From Kiritimatiellia bacterium (GTDB lineage: Bacteria; Verrucomicrobiota; Kiritimatiellia; RFP12; JBMNHG01): a stretch of DNA of 64,000 bases. Every line of letters begins with the position of its first letter. Position 1 is the first letter of the stretch. Below the pieces are notes generated by a model. That model was not told the origin of the DNA, searched no databases, and was given only the letters and a program-made list of their open reading frames with translations. The stretch spans positions 1-64,000 of the forward strand of contig JBMNHG010000002.1 of the NCBI GenBank assembly GCA_050950285.1, read 5' to 3'. Positions 32,245-42,189 of this stretch are shown here, one piece after another. Both the position numbers and the translations under genes were made by a program.

Positions 32245-32946
32245 ATGAAATCCTTCCGGAAATGGCTGCTGTATTCCGACGCCAAGGCACCCCTCCTCGT
32301 GGCGCTCGCATGTTTTCTTGCCGTGAGCGCCTGGCTCGCCTGGCAGGAGTTCGACCGCGTCCAGACGGAAAAGGCCAAGGCCCGCGCCGCCGCCGAAGAG
32401 GCCGCGCGCCCCAAGACCCCGCCCCAGCTCGACCCCGTGCAAGGACTCGGCGTCCTGCCCTACGTGGAACGGCAGCTTTCGCCCGACACCCTGATCATCC
32501 CGGTGGACCCCTTCCTCCCCACCTATGAAGCCCTCGTCGTCGCGGGCATCGGCGAACGAAACGGACCCGGCGCCCGACCCCTCTCCCGCGAGGACTGGCG
32601 CGAACGCCGCCGCGAACGGCGCGACCCTCCCCCCGGAGGAAGACGCCAGCCCGACGACGACTGGGACGACCCCCGCGCCACCCCGCCCGGCACCGTCCGG
32701 CAACCAGCCACCACCGCACTCCTCAAGCCACGCCTCACCTACAACGGATTCCTCCAGCGCCCCGACGGCACCTTCGCCCCCCTCTTCCACGACAACACCG
32801 ACAAGTCGCGGAAATTCGCCGCCGCCGGCAGCGAAATCCACGGCGTGAAAGTCCTCTCCGCCGACAAAAACCTCGCCCGCGTCCAAACCCCGGACGGCAC
32901 CGTCCACGACCTCAAGCTGGGCGACGGCGTAGACCTCCCGCAATGA
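32245..32946 (+). CDS. PilP/GspC-like protein
   Basis: N-terminal TM, DPF motif, low-complexity linker, LTYNG...GSEIHGVKVLS beta domain. Confidence 0.55.
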   Translation: MKSFRKWLLYSDAKAPLLVALACFLAVSAWLAWQEFDRVQTEKAKARAAAEEAARPKTPPQLDPVQGLGVLPYVERQLSPDTLIIPVDPFLPTYEALVVAGIGERNGPGARPLSREDWRERRRERRDPPPGGRRQPDDDWDDPRATPPGTVRQPATTALLKPRLTYNGFLQRPDGTFAPLFHDNTDKSRKFAAAGSEIHGVKVLSADKNLARVQTPDGTVHDLKLGDGVDLPQ

Positions 32947-33088
32947 TTCCCCCTGGCGCCCCGCCCCGCCGCGGGACGAGCGGGCGGAGGCGATGGGAGC
33001 CGCTTGGGGAATCCGGTGGTTCCTGCTTCCGCTACCCCTCTTGGGGTGCTATGCTTCGGGTTCCATGTCGTTGTCTGGAGGTCATTCC

Positions 33089-35824
33089 ATGTCTCAGCCC
33101 ACCATCCTGTTCGAGAGCGAGCACCAGGAGCTTTTCGCCCTCGATACGGACCTCTCCCGTCCCTTCCCGCTTCACGTCCCCAGCGCCCTCGGAACGCTGC
33201 GGTACTACGTGTGCCTGCGCGTGCCGGAGGACCGCGTGGCGGACCTCGCGGCGACCCGCGTCCACATCACCGTCGGAGGGCTTCGCCCCGACGACGTAAC
33301 GCTCGGCTGGGGCGACGGCGTCGCGATTCCCCAGGAGATCCCCTCGTCCGTCCCCGGCGAAACCTGGGTGCTCCACAGCTGCGCCAGCCTCTCGCGCGGC
33401 GACGGGATCGTCGCCTTCCACTCCCTGCCGGACGGTCTCGGGCGCGCGCCCTTCCTGCTTTGCACCTGGCCGCGCTTCCTCTCCTCGGGCGAGGCCGACC
33501 AGTTCATCGCCTGCCAGTCCGACCCGTGCTGGGCGCCCACGGGCATCCCCCTCGGCGCGATTGGCTGCGGGAAGGTCGACCTCTGCCGCGACGGCCGCTT
33601 CCGCGGCTTCACCGGGAACAACAACCAGGACATGGCCTTCGAGGAGCCCGACGGACTCCCCGGCGCGCGCCTCGAACTCGAATGCGACGGCGTTCGCCGC
33701 GCAATGGCCAGCCGTCCCGGCGGCGGCGTGCCCCCCGTCCCCTCGCTCGAGGCGGACGGCGCCTTCCCGCAGATGCGCCTGGCCGCGAAAAACGCCTTCG
33801 ACAACCTGGACGCCGAGATTCTCGCGACCGGCGCCTTCGCTCCGCACGACCTCGCCCTCTCGACCCTCCCCGGCGCCCTCTTCCGCTGGACGGTCGCGAA
33901 CCGCGGAACGTCCCCCCGCACGGTGGCCTGCCGCTTCGCCTGGCCGAACCTCGTCGGCCGCGGCGGAGGCATCGGCCGCCCCGAAGCCTCCGTCGGAAAG
34001 GCGGACGGATGCTACATGTACTGGGACGCACCGGACGCGCCGACCCTCGAACCGCTCTCGCGCGACGGGCTGTCGCTCCTCCGCTTCGGGAACGCCCTTC
34101 CGGGCCCGCGCGCGAGCGCGGACGGAAGCCACTGGCTCGCTTCCGCCGCGACGGCGGACGTCGCGTGCGAGGCTTCGGACCCGCGTCTGGGCGCACTCTC
34201 CCGCACCTTCACGCTCGCGCCCGGCGCCTCCGCGTCCTTCGACATGGCGCTCGTCTGGGAGATGCCTCACGCCATCGACACCATCGGCGTCGACCGCGGC
34301 CACGTCTGGCAGGAGCACTTCGCCGACGGCGCCGCCATCGCGAAGGCGCTTCTGGACAACGCCGATGTCCTCTTCACGGAAGGCGCGGCCCTGCGCAACC
34401 TCCTCGCCGATGCCGGTCTGCCCGAATGGCTTTGGCGCCGCCTGTGCAACTGCTGCTATCCGCTGGTCACGAACTCCGTCCAGGAACGCGACGGGCGTTT
34501 CAGCATCAACGAAGGCCCCACCGAGATGTCCGGATGCTACGGCACGCTCGACCAGCGCATCGGCGCCCATCCCGCCACCCAGATCTTCTTCCCGGAACTC
34601 AACGGCCGCGAACTCCGCCAGTTCGCCTCCCTCCAGGCGGAGAACGGCGGCATGCCGCACGACTTCGGGCTCGGCCACCTCCGCCGCGAGCCGGACGACA
34701 CCCCGTGGCCCGACCTCACCTGCTCCTTCGTGATCCAGGTGGCACGCCACGCGTGGACCACCGGCGACACCGCCTTCGCCCGCGACCTTTGGCCGAAGGT
34801 GCGGAAGGCCGTCCTCCGCCATCGCGAGTGGGCCGCCGCCGGAAACGGCGTGGCGCAGGTGGGAAGCGGCCTCGGAACCAGCTACGACGGCTACCACTAC
34901 CATGGCACGACGGCCTACATGGGCACGCTGTGGATCGCCGCGCTCGACGTGGCGCGCGCCTGGGCCGCGAAAATCGGCGACGGCGGGTTCATCGCCCTCA
35001 CCGACGGCTATGCCGACCTCGCGCGCAAGCGCATCGAAACGGACCTCTGGAACGGCTCCTACCACCGCGCGTACGCCGACGCCGCCTCCGGGGCGCGGAA
35101 CGACAACCTCCACGGCGGAACCCTCGGCGGCGAATACTACGACCGGATGCTCGCCGGACGCGACGTGCTGCCCGCCGACCGTCTCGCCGCGACGGCCGAC
35201 GCCCTCCTCCGCCTGAACGGCAACGAGGCCTTCGCCGTCCCGCCGGACGAAGTCTCCTCCGACCTGCGCACCCACACCGAATACGGCTGGCTCCCCTACG
35301 TGGAATGCTTCTGCATGGCCCCGCTCGCCGTGCTCGGACGCACGGAAATGCTGCCCGTGTGGAAGCGCATCCTCCGCGCGATGGACGACGAAGGCCGCCG
35401 GCCGTGCGACACCCGCCTCATGTACCAGCCGGTTTCCGGAAAGCCCAGCTGGGGCTCCTACTACATGACCGCTCCCGCAAGCTGGCTGGTGTACGATGCC
35501 ATCAACGACTTCGTCTTCCGCGCCGACGACGGCGCGCTGCGCTTCCATCCGATGATGGACGGCCCGGCCGCGCTGGTCCATCCGCTCTTCTGGGCGAAAG
35601 CGTCGCGCCGCGGCAACGAATACGAAATCGAGATCGCGCGCGTGTGGCCCGGAGCGGACGAAGCCGGAATCCGCCTGCTGGAAGTACCCGCTGCGGCGGA
35701 TGGGCCGGTCTTCGGCGGCACGCCGCTCGATCGCGAATCCACCGAAGGCGTCTATGCCCGCTACGCGCTTCCCGGAGCCGTCGCCCTCCGCCCCGGCGCG
35801 ACGCTGCGCTGGACGCTGGGCTGA
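33089..35824 (+). CDS. GH116 family glycoside hydrolase
   Basis: GIPLGAIGCG, APHDLALSTLPG, FSINEG, GTLD, GMPHDFG, TSYDG, DLWNGSY; GGAGG RBS before ATG 33089. Confidence 0.85.
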   Translation: MSQPTILFESEHQELFALDTDLSRPFPLHVPSALGTLRYYVCLRVPEDRVADLAATRVHITVGGLRPDDVTLGWGDGVAIPQEIPSSVPGETWVLHSCASLSRGDGIVAFHSLPDGLGRAPFLLCTWPRFLSSGEADQFIACQSDPCWAPTGIPLGAIGCGKVDLCRDGRFRGFTGNNNQDMAFEEPDGLPGARLELECDGVRRAMASRPGGGVPPVPSLEADGAFPQMRLAAKNAFDNLDAEILATGAFAPHDLALSTLPGALFRWTVANRGTSPRTVACRFAWPNLVGRGGGIGRPEASVGKADGCYMYWDAPDAPTLEPLSRDGLSLLRFGNALPGPRASADGSHWLASAATADVACEASDPRLGALSRTFTLAPGASASFDMALVWEMPHAIDTIGVDRGHVWQEHFADGAAIAKALLDNADVLFTEGAALRNLLADAGLPEWLWRRLCNCCYPLVTNSVQERDGRFSINEGPTEMSGCYGTLDQRIGAHPATQIFFPELNGRELRQFASLQAENGGMPHDFGLGHLRREPDDTPWPDLTCSFVIQVARHAWTTGDTAFARDLWPKVRKAVLRHREWAAAGNGVAQVGSGLGTSYDGYHYHGTTAYMGTLWIAALDVARAWAAKIGDGGFIALTDGYADLARKRIETDLWNGSYHRAYADAASGARNDNLHGGTLGGEYYDRMLAGRDVLPADRLAATADALLRLNGNEAFAVPPDEVSSDLRTHTEYGWLPYVECFCMAPLAVLGRTEMLPVWKRILRAMDDEGRRPCDTRLMYQPVSGKPSWGSYYMTAPASWLVYDAINDFVFRADDGALRFHPMMDGPAALVHPLFWAKASRRGNEYEIEIARVWPGADEAGIRLLEVPAAADGPVFGGTPLDRESTEGVYARYALPGAVALRPGATLRWTLG

Positions 35825-35857
35825 ACCGCCTCCCGACAGCCCCTCGAGGAACAAACC

Positions 35858-36763
35858 GTGAACGATCCCTCCACCGTCGAGCGTTGGACAAAACGCCTTC
35901 TCGAGACGATCCGCCTGGCCTCGACCTCTTTGCCGGACGACGTGCTGGAGGCGCTGTCGCGCGCTCGCGCCGCGGACGCGGACCATCCGCAGGCGGCCTC
36001 CGCGCTCGATCTGCTGCTGGCCAATTGCCGTCTCGCCCGCAAAAACGGCGTGCCGCTTTGCCAGGACACCGGAACCGCGACCTTCTTCTGGCGCGTTTCG
36101 GACGGATGCGGCGAGCGCGCGCTGCGGCGCGCCGCGTCCGCCGCCGTCGCGGAGGCCACGCGCCGGGGATGGCTCCGCCGCAACACCATCGACACCCTCT
36201 CCGGGAAATCGATCGACACCAACGTGGCGCCCAACGCCCCCGTCTGCCACTTCGAACCAGGTGAAGAGGGCGACGATGCCGTGGAAGTCACGCTCCTTCT
36301 CAAAGGAGGCGGCAGCGAAAACATGGGACGCCAGTATTCCCTGCCCGATGCCGGACTCGGCGCGGGAAGAGACCTCGACGGCGCGCGGAAGTGCCTTCTC
36401 CACGCGACGTGGTCTGCGCAGGGAAAGGGATGCGCCCCCGGAATCTTGGGCGTCTGCATCGGAGGCGACCGCGCGGAAGGCTGGCTCCACGCGAAGCGCC
36501 AGCTGCTGCGCCGTCTGGACGACGCTTCCCCCGACCCCCGGCTGGCCGAACTCGAGCGCCGGACGCTCGACGAGGCGAACTCGCTGGGCATCGGGCCGAT
36601 GGGCACCGGCGGGACCACGACGCTTCTCGGCGTGAAGGCGACGGCGCTCGCGCGCCTTCCCGCCTCCTGCTTCGTGACCGTGGCGTACAACTGCTGGGCC
36701 TGCCGCCGCGCGACCATCCGCGCAACCGCAGACGGCCGCGACCTCCCGGAGACGAGGCGATGA
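35858..36763 (+). CDS. Class I fumarate hydratase/tartrate dehydratase alpha subunit
   Basis: PLCQDTG, KGGGSEN, GIGPMGTGG.TT, CWACRR. Confidence 0.9.
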   Translation: MNDPSTVERWTKRLLETIRLASTSLPDDVLEALSRARAADADHPQAASALDLLLANCRLARKNGVPLCQDTGTATFFWRVSDGCGERALRRAASAAVAEATRRGWLRRNTIDTLSGKSIDTNVAPNAPVCHFEPGEEGDDAVEVTLLLKGGGSENMGRQYSLPDAGLGAGRDLDGARKCLLHATWSAQGKGCAPGILGVCIGGDRAEGWLHAKRQLLRRLDDASPDPRLAELERRTLDEANSLGIGPMGTGGTTTLLGVKATALARLPASCFVTVAYNCWACRRATIRATADGRDLPETRR

Positions 36764-37377
36764 ACGAACTCCGCCCCCCCTTTGCGCCCGATGCGATCCG
36801 CTCCTTGAGGGCCGGCGATGCCGTCCGCATCTCCGGGCGGATCTTCACCGCGCGCGACCGCGTGCACAAGTTCCTCTTCGAAGGCGGCGACCCGGGCGTC
36901 GACCTGCGGGGAAGCGCCATCTTCCATTGCGGGCCGATCGTGCTGCCGCTAGAGGCGGACGCGGAAACTCCTGCGGCCTGCGCGCCGCGATGGCGCGTGG
37001 TTGCCGCCGGCCCCACCACGTCGATCCGGGAGGAGCCGTACATGGCCGACATCATCGCTCGCCACGGCGTCCGCCTCATCCTGGGCAAGGGCGGAATGGG
37101 AGAGGCCACCCTCGCGGCATGCCGCAAACACGCCTGCGCCTACGTGCAGATCGTGGGCGGGGCGGCGGCGGCTCTCGCGGCGCGCGTGCGCGAGGTGGAA
37201 GACGTGCGGTTCCTCGACGAATTCGGCGCGACCGAAGCCCTGTGGTCGCTCCGGGTGGAAGGGCTGGAAGGCATCGTGGGCATGGACTGCCACGGCGGCG
37301 ACCTCTTCCGCGACATCCGCGACGCCTCCAAAGCCCGCCTCGACCATCTCCTGTCCGGCCAAAGGAACGGGGGATGA
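36760..37377 (+). CDS. Class I fumarate hydratase/tartrate dehydratase beta subunit
   Basis: SGRIFTARDRVH, HCGP, AGPTTSIRE, ILGKGGM, DCHGGDL. Confidence 0.9.
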   Translation: MNELRPPFAPDAIRSLRAGDAVRISGRIFTARDRVHKFLFEGGDPGVDLRGSAIFHCGPIVLPLEADAETPAACAPRWRVVAAGPTTSIREEPYMADIIARHGVRLILGKGGMGEATLAACRKHACAYVQIVGGAAAALAARVREVEDVRFLDEFGATEALWSLRVEGLEGIVGMDCHGGDLFRDIRDASKARLDHLLSGQRNGG

Positions 37378-37414
37378 AAAAAGGCGGAGCCCCCTGGTCC
37401 GGGGCTCCGCCTTT
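37377..37414. terminator. Bidirectional intrinsic terminator
   Basis: 14-bp stem AAAGGCGGAGCCCC/GGGGCTCCGCCTTT between convergent genes, with an A-tract on the left. Confidence 0.82.
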
Positions 37415-37432
37415 CGCGCGGCGGGAGGGGCG

Positions 37433-40400
37433 CTACTTCTCGAAGGAGAATTCCATGTCGGTGGCCCAGGAGTCGCTCCAGTAGTCGTGCAGGGCGTAGA
37501 TGTTCACCTGCGAAACGCTGCGGTTGGAGGCAAGCTCGAAGGATCCGCCGCCGTCATCGTTCACGCGGAAGTTGAACTTGACGGTCTTGCCGGCGTCGAT
37601 GGCCTCTTTGACGAGCGGCATCTCGCTCCACGGGATGGAGGCTTCGAGGATGCGGGTGTTGCCGTCGCGCTTCATCACGAGTTGGCTTTCCTTCACGGGG
37701 CCGCCATCGTTCGGGGCCTTGGGCTGGCGCGGATAGAAGTGCTTCCGAGGCGCGCCGGGCGAGTAGAGGCGCCAGGTTTCGGTGCCGCCGCCGAAGGCTT
37801 CCGCGACTTGGTTGAAGACGAACTCATAGTCCGTGCAGGGCCACGCCATGAAGCGCGGCATGGTGCCGGGAAGGTAGTCGGAATAGCCTTCCTTCTCGTT
37901 TTCGGGCACGACGTTGAAGGCGATCTGGAGGTTGTCGGTGCGGTCTCCGGAAGGGATGTCCGGGTTGCGGCGGTAGGTGTAGCGGCGGACGCCTTCGGGC
38001 CAATGCAACGCGGTCTTGGAGCCGTCCGGATTCAGGCGGTAGTAGGTTTCCGGATAGAAGTAGGAGTCGTCGTCGCGGGTTTCGAAGCGGACGTTCCCGG
38101 CGTAGGGGGTGGAGTCGGCCACGCGCATCGCCACGTAGAAGGCGGCGTCGTCGTAGGCGAGGTTGCAGACGGCGGTGCCGTCGGCCACGCCCTCCTCGAA
38201 GGTGGAGAAGGGAAGCCAGGCTTTTTCGGTGAGGCTTGGGGCGCCGGAGCCGTCGCGGCGGGCGGCTTGCGGGAGGGTGCCCTCCCAGTCGGCAAGGTCG
38301 CCGTCCACGGTGATGGAGCGCTTGGCGACCTGATTCACGCGCATGTCCTCGGTCATCGCGACGGAGCCGTCGGAGCCGGCATCGAAGGAGACGGTGGCGG
38401 TGTAGAGGTTGGCGGGGGAGGCTTCGCCCGAGATGATGGCGAATTCGAGGTCGGCGGATTCGCCGGGGGCGATGTCGACGGCGCGCTCGGGGGTGTCGAG
38501 CCCAAGGCCGGCAAGGGAGACCTTGACGGTGCCGTGGACGGGACGGTTCAGGATGTTCTTGAGCGAGACGCGCAGAACGGGGTTCTCGGCGATGGGAGCG
38601 AGCATGTCGCGCAGGGTGACCTGCACGGGCTCGTAGCCGCGGATGTCGGCCGATCGAATGGCGTCGAGCAGGGCGTCGAAGGAACCTGCCGAGCCGTCGG
38701 TGCGGAGAATGTAGCCGAGCCCGTTGAGGGGCACTTCGAGGGTGGAGCCGGTCTTCACGGGATTGCCGAAGTAGTCGAGCAGGATGAAGCGCCTGGCGTT
38801 GGAGAGGGTCATCCGGCCGTTTTGCATGACGGCGGTGGAGAGCCACCGGTTTTCGAGGGCGGAGCGGGCCTGCTTGTCCGCATCGGGGGGAAGGGCGTCG
38901 ATCTGCGCCTGGATGGCGTCGAGTTCTTCGCGGCGGCCGAGTTCGAAGACGGTGCGGTAAAGGAGGCGCCGGCGGTTGTAGAGGCCGCCGAGGTCTCCGA
39001 CGACGACCGCGCAGCCGTCGTCGGGGTCGCCATCCAGGCCGTCGAAGACGAAGACCCAGGGCAGGCCGTCCTTGAAGAGCACTTCGCGGAATTCGCGTTG
39101 CCCGATGTGGAGCTGGGTGGTCGCGACGGCGAGGGCGGGCGCCCAGGTTTGGACGATGCGGTCGGAGACGGGGCCTTCGTCGGTCTGGTACCGGATGCCG
39201 ACCACGTTGTAGGAGGCGTCGTGGAGGACGCCTGCGGTGCGGGACTGCCCCTGGGCGCGCATGGATGCGATGGCGGCGGCGACACGGTCTTCGGAGTTGG
39301 CAATCCAGCTTTCGGTATCCCAGACGCGGGTCGGGCCGCGCACGTTGTCGCGCTGGGCCCATTTTTTCACGAGCGGCCCCCATGCGGCCATGGGCTGGTA
39401 GTGGATGGAGGTGAAGTCGAGCCACTTCAGGAAGTCGTCGGTGCCGTCGCAGAAGAGCTTGTCTTCGGTGTTCATGGTGGAGCAGGTGCCGCCGATGAGC
39501 ACGTCCACGCCCCAGGCGGCGCGGGCGTCTTCGATGCCTTGGGCCATGGCGGTGTAGAGTTCGCGGTAGCGGAGCATGTCGGCGCCCCAGCCGGAGATGG
39601 AGATGCCCTCCCAGGGCTCGTTCCAGAGTTCCATGGCGTTGACGGGTCCGCGGGGCCAGCCGTAGGTGCCGGCGATGCGGGCGGAGAAGGCGCGGTAGTC
39701 GTCGTCGAACTCCGGGAGGGCGGCCATGTCGCGCTGCTGGATGGTCGGGATCTGCACGCCGTCGTCGTCGAGCCACTGGCGGAAATCGCCGTTGGGCTGC
39801 TGGCCGTGTCCGGCGGCGGCCATGGTGATCATCACGGTGATGTCGTGGTCGGCGAAGCCGTTCAGGATTTCGTCGAGGCGTTTGAAGTGGTTTTCAAACC
39901 CGCGTTCGGTCATCGCGACGTAGCCCCACTCGATGCGGACGCCTTTGATGCCGAGGCGCTGGAAGAGGGCGAGCGACGCGTCGCACACGTTGTAGGTGGG
40001 GATGTCCATGGCGTAGGTGGGGAACTGCACGCGGCCGGGGACGGGTTTCGGCCCGCGGATGAAGGCGGAGCCGAACTGGCGGCCTGCGCCTTCGATTTCG
40101 AGCACGGCCACGAAGGCGCCGAAGGTGTCGGGAACGGGGAGTTTCACGGTCACATCGCTCCACCCGCCGGCGGGGAGGGTTGCGCGGAAGGCGGTCGGTT
40201 TCAGCTCGCCGGTGCGTCGGCAGCCCAGTTTGAAGCAGTCGAGCTGGTCGGAGAAGGTGGAATAGGTGTAGACGTGAACCGCGCCCTTGGCGTCGATGGG
40301 CTGGTCGGTACGGTTCGCGAGCTGCCAGGTGAATTCGACGGGCTCCTTCGGGAAGAAGACGTTCGCCGGGGACGAAGACGCAATCTGCTGGACGGAAAAT

Positions 40401-40525
40401 TGCGTTGCCAGTTGGTCCGGCTCGAGCCCGAAGGCCACGCCGTAGCCGTCGAGTTGCACGGCGCGTGCGCCGGGCGGAAGGGCCAGGGCGAGGGCTGCAG
40501 TGGAGAGGCAGAGGGTGCGTTTCAT
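37433..40525 (-). CDS. Secreted clan GH-A (GH39-like) hydrolase with C-terminal CBM9/DOMON-like domain
   Basis: Signal peptide MKRTLCLSTAALALAL; ELWNEP, SIHY, VWDTES; ITVDGDLADW...LAYDDAAFYVA...LEASIPWSE. Confidence 0.72.
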   Translation of the reverse strand: MKRTLCLSTAALALALPPGARAVQLDGYGVAFGLEPDQLATQFSVQQIASSSPANVFFPKEPVEFTWQLANRTDQPIDAKGAVHVYTYSTFSDQLDCFKLGCRRTGELKPTAFRATLPAGGWSDVTVKLPVPDTFGAFVAVLEIEGAGRQFGSAFIRGPKPVPGRVQFPTYAMDIPTYNVCDASLALFQRLGIKGVRIEWGYVAMTERGFENHFKRLDEILNGFADHDITVMITMAAAGHGQQPNGDFRQWLDDDGVQIPTIQQRDMAALPEFDDDYRAFSARIAGTYGWPRGPVNAMELWNEPWEGISISGWGADMLRYRELYTAMAQGIEDARAAWGVDVLIGGTCSTMNTEDKLFCDGTDDFLKWLDFTSIHYQPMAAWGPLVKKWAQRDNVRGPTRVWDTESWIANSEDRVAAAIASMRAQGQSRTAGVLHDASYNVVGIRYQTDEGPVSDRIVQTWAPALAVATTQLHIGQREFREVLFKDGLPWVFVFDGLDGDPDDGCAVVVGDLGGLYNRRRLLYRTVFELGRREELDAIQAQIDALPPDADKQARSALENRWLSTAVMQNGRMTLSNARRFILLDYFGNPVKTGSTLEVPLNGLGYILRTDGSAGSFDALLDAIRSADIRGYEPVQVTLRDMLAPIAENPVLRVSLKNILNRPVHGTVKVSLAGLGLDTPERAVDIAPGESADLEFAIISGEASPANLYTATVSFDAGSDGSVAMTEDMRVNQVAKRSITVDGDLADWEGTLPQAARRDGSGAPSLTEKAWLPFSTFEEGVADGTAVCNLAYDDAAFYVAMRVADSTPYAGNVRFETRDDDSYFYPETYYRLNPDGSKTALHWPEGVRRYTYRRNPDIPSGDRTDNLQIAFNVVPENEKEGYSDYLPGTMPRFMAWPCTDYEFVFNQVAEAFGGGTETWRLYSPGAPRKHFYPRQPKAPNDGGPVKESQLVMKRDGNTRILEASIPWSEMPLVKEAIDAGKTVKFNFRVNDDGGGSFELASNRSVSQVNIYALHDYWSDSWATDMEFSFEK

Positions 40526-40758
40526 CGTTCGTCGCATGATGGATGCCTTTGTGTTGGGGGAGACTCGAGGAAGGGCGCACGCGTTCCGTGGGTACGTCAA
40601 CAACTGGATACGAATGGTAACAGCCCGTTCCGGCGATGTCGATGGAAATATGTGCGCCAGCGAAAACGCGAAGTGCGACATGGAACGCATGCCTGGGGGG
40701 AAACGGGGTCAGGCCTTGGGGCGGGATCGGGCGAGGCGCAATGTGTCCCGCCCAGGCG

Positions 40759-41280
40759 CTACCACTGCTCGAAATGGACGGCGCTGTCCCGGAAGCGGGT
40801 GCGGGGGCGGGGCCTGTCGCCGACGACCGTGCCGATCGCGGCAATCCCGACGGGCAGGATGGTCTGCGGGAGGGCGAGGAGCTGACGGACGGCCGCCACG
40901 CGGTCGCGGCGTGGATGGACGCCGAGCCAGCAGGATCCCAGCCCGAGGAAGGTTGCCGCGAGAAGCAGGTTTTCCATCGCGGCGCTGCAGTCCATCACCA
41001 GATAGGCCTCCTGCCTGCCATGGGCCCTCTCCTTGTCTCCGCACACCACGATGCCCATGCCGGCGTCCGCAAGGAACGATCCGCGGGGAAGCACCCCGGC
41101 GAGGCTGACCAGCATGCCCGGATTGCGCACCACGACGAAGTGCCAGGGATCGGAGCATCCGGCGGACGGGGCGGACATCGCGGCCTTGAGGAGGTCGTGG
41201 ACGTCGTCGTCGGAGACCTGGTCGAAGGTGAAATTGCGGCAGCTGCGCCGCTGGAGGAGCCGGGCGACAAGGGGGTTCAT
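40759..41280 (-). CDS. Nitroreductase family protein
   Basis: RRSCRNF, AAMSAPS...PWHFVVV, ENLLLAA..LGLGSCW. Confidence 0.92.
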   Translation of the reverse strand: MNPLVARLLQRRSCRNFTFDQVSDDDVHDLLKAAMSAPSAGCSDPWHFVVVRNPGMLVSLAGVLPRGSFLADAGMGIVVCGDKERAHGRQEAYLVMDCSAAMENLLLAATFLGLGSCWLGVHPRRDRVAAVRQLLALPQTILPVGIAAIGTVVGDRPRPRTRFRDSAVHFEQW

Positions 41281-42158
41281 CGCGTGCCTTCCGTTTCCGG
41301 CCCGGGCAGGATGGGCACTGTGTACGAGGCGCCGCACATGTGGCAATGGATGGTGATGTCCGGATCCTGTTCCGCCATCATCCGGCGTTCGTCCATGGAG
41401 AGCGTGTCCAGCGTGGAAAGGGCTCGTTCGCGCGAGCACCTGCAGGCGAAGCGGAGGGGGCGGATCGCGACATTCCGGAGTTCGCCCACGCTCATCTCGG
41501 CGGCCCAGGCGTCGAGGGTGGCGACGGAATCGAGCGCCTCTTGGGCGGAGCCGTCTTCAAAGCGGGCGCGCAGGCGCTCGAAGGCAAGCGGGTCGCCGTC
41601 GGGCATCTTCTCGGCCAGGACGCCGCGGGCCTGGTCGATGTAGCCGTCGTACGAATCGCTGGAGATGAGGACGAGGGCGGGGCGTTGCCGGGAGCGGTTG
41701 AGGTAGGTGCGGAGGGCGGCCTGCACCGTGGCGGGCTGGGTGTCGAAGGAGCTTTGTTCGAGGAGTTCGCCGGGAATCGAGCGCAGGATGGTTCCGGAGG
41801 CGTACGCGCCGAGCACCTCGTCCATGGGAATCGGGCTGCGCCCGTCGAAGGCATCGAGGATCTTCACGGTTGTGCAGCCGCGAAGGCTCCCTTCGAAAGA
41901 CGCCTCCACCAGCAGGCCTTGGAGCGGGCCGTCCACGGCCAGGCGGAGCGATACCACCTCCTCCGAGCGCGTCAGGTCCATGCCCAGCAAGGCGACGCCG
42001 GAGAGGGCGTCGGCCAGGGCCAGTCCGGCGGAGGGTCCGCACAAATGGCTGCGCTCGAGAGCGCGGGCGGATTCGGAGGTCTCGACGAAGGCGAGGCGGA
42101 TTCCCGCTTCCCGCCCAAAGGCGGTGGTGAGGCGATCGGTGGATTTCGGCATCAGCAT
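41277..42158 (-). CDS. hslO: Hsp33 redox-regulated chaperone
   Basis: DGPLQGLLVEA..G.LRG; Zn motif FACRCS...CHMCG. Confidence 0.85.
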   Translation of the reverse strand: MLMPKSTDRLTTAFGREAGIRLAFVETSESARALERSHLCGPSAGLALADALSGVALLGMDLTRSEEVVSLRLAVDGPLQGLLVEASFEGSLRGCTTVKILDAFDGRSPIPMDEVLGAYASGTILRSIPGELLEQSSFDTQPATVQAALRTYLNRSRQRPALVLISSDSYDGYIDQARGVLAEKMPDGDPLAFERLRARFEDGSAQEALDSVATLDAWAAEMSVGELRNVAIRPLRFACRCSRERALSTLDTLSMDERRMMAEQDPDITIHCHMCGASYTVPILPGPETEGTR

Positions 42159-42189
42159 GGCGGAATTCCTTGCGAGCTCTGGCGAGTCT

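Noticed and set aside
29600..32950. Strong C-rich skew in the pil-like genes
   Set aside because: Explained by C-ending codon preference; no repeat structure.
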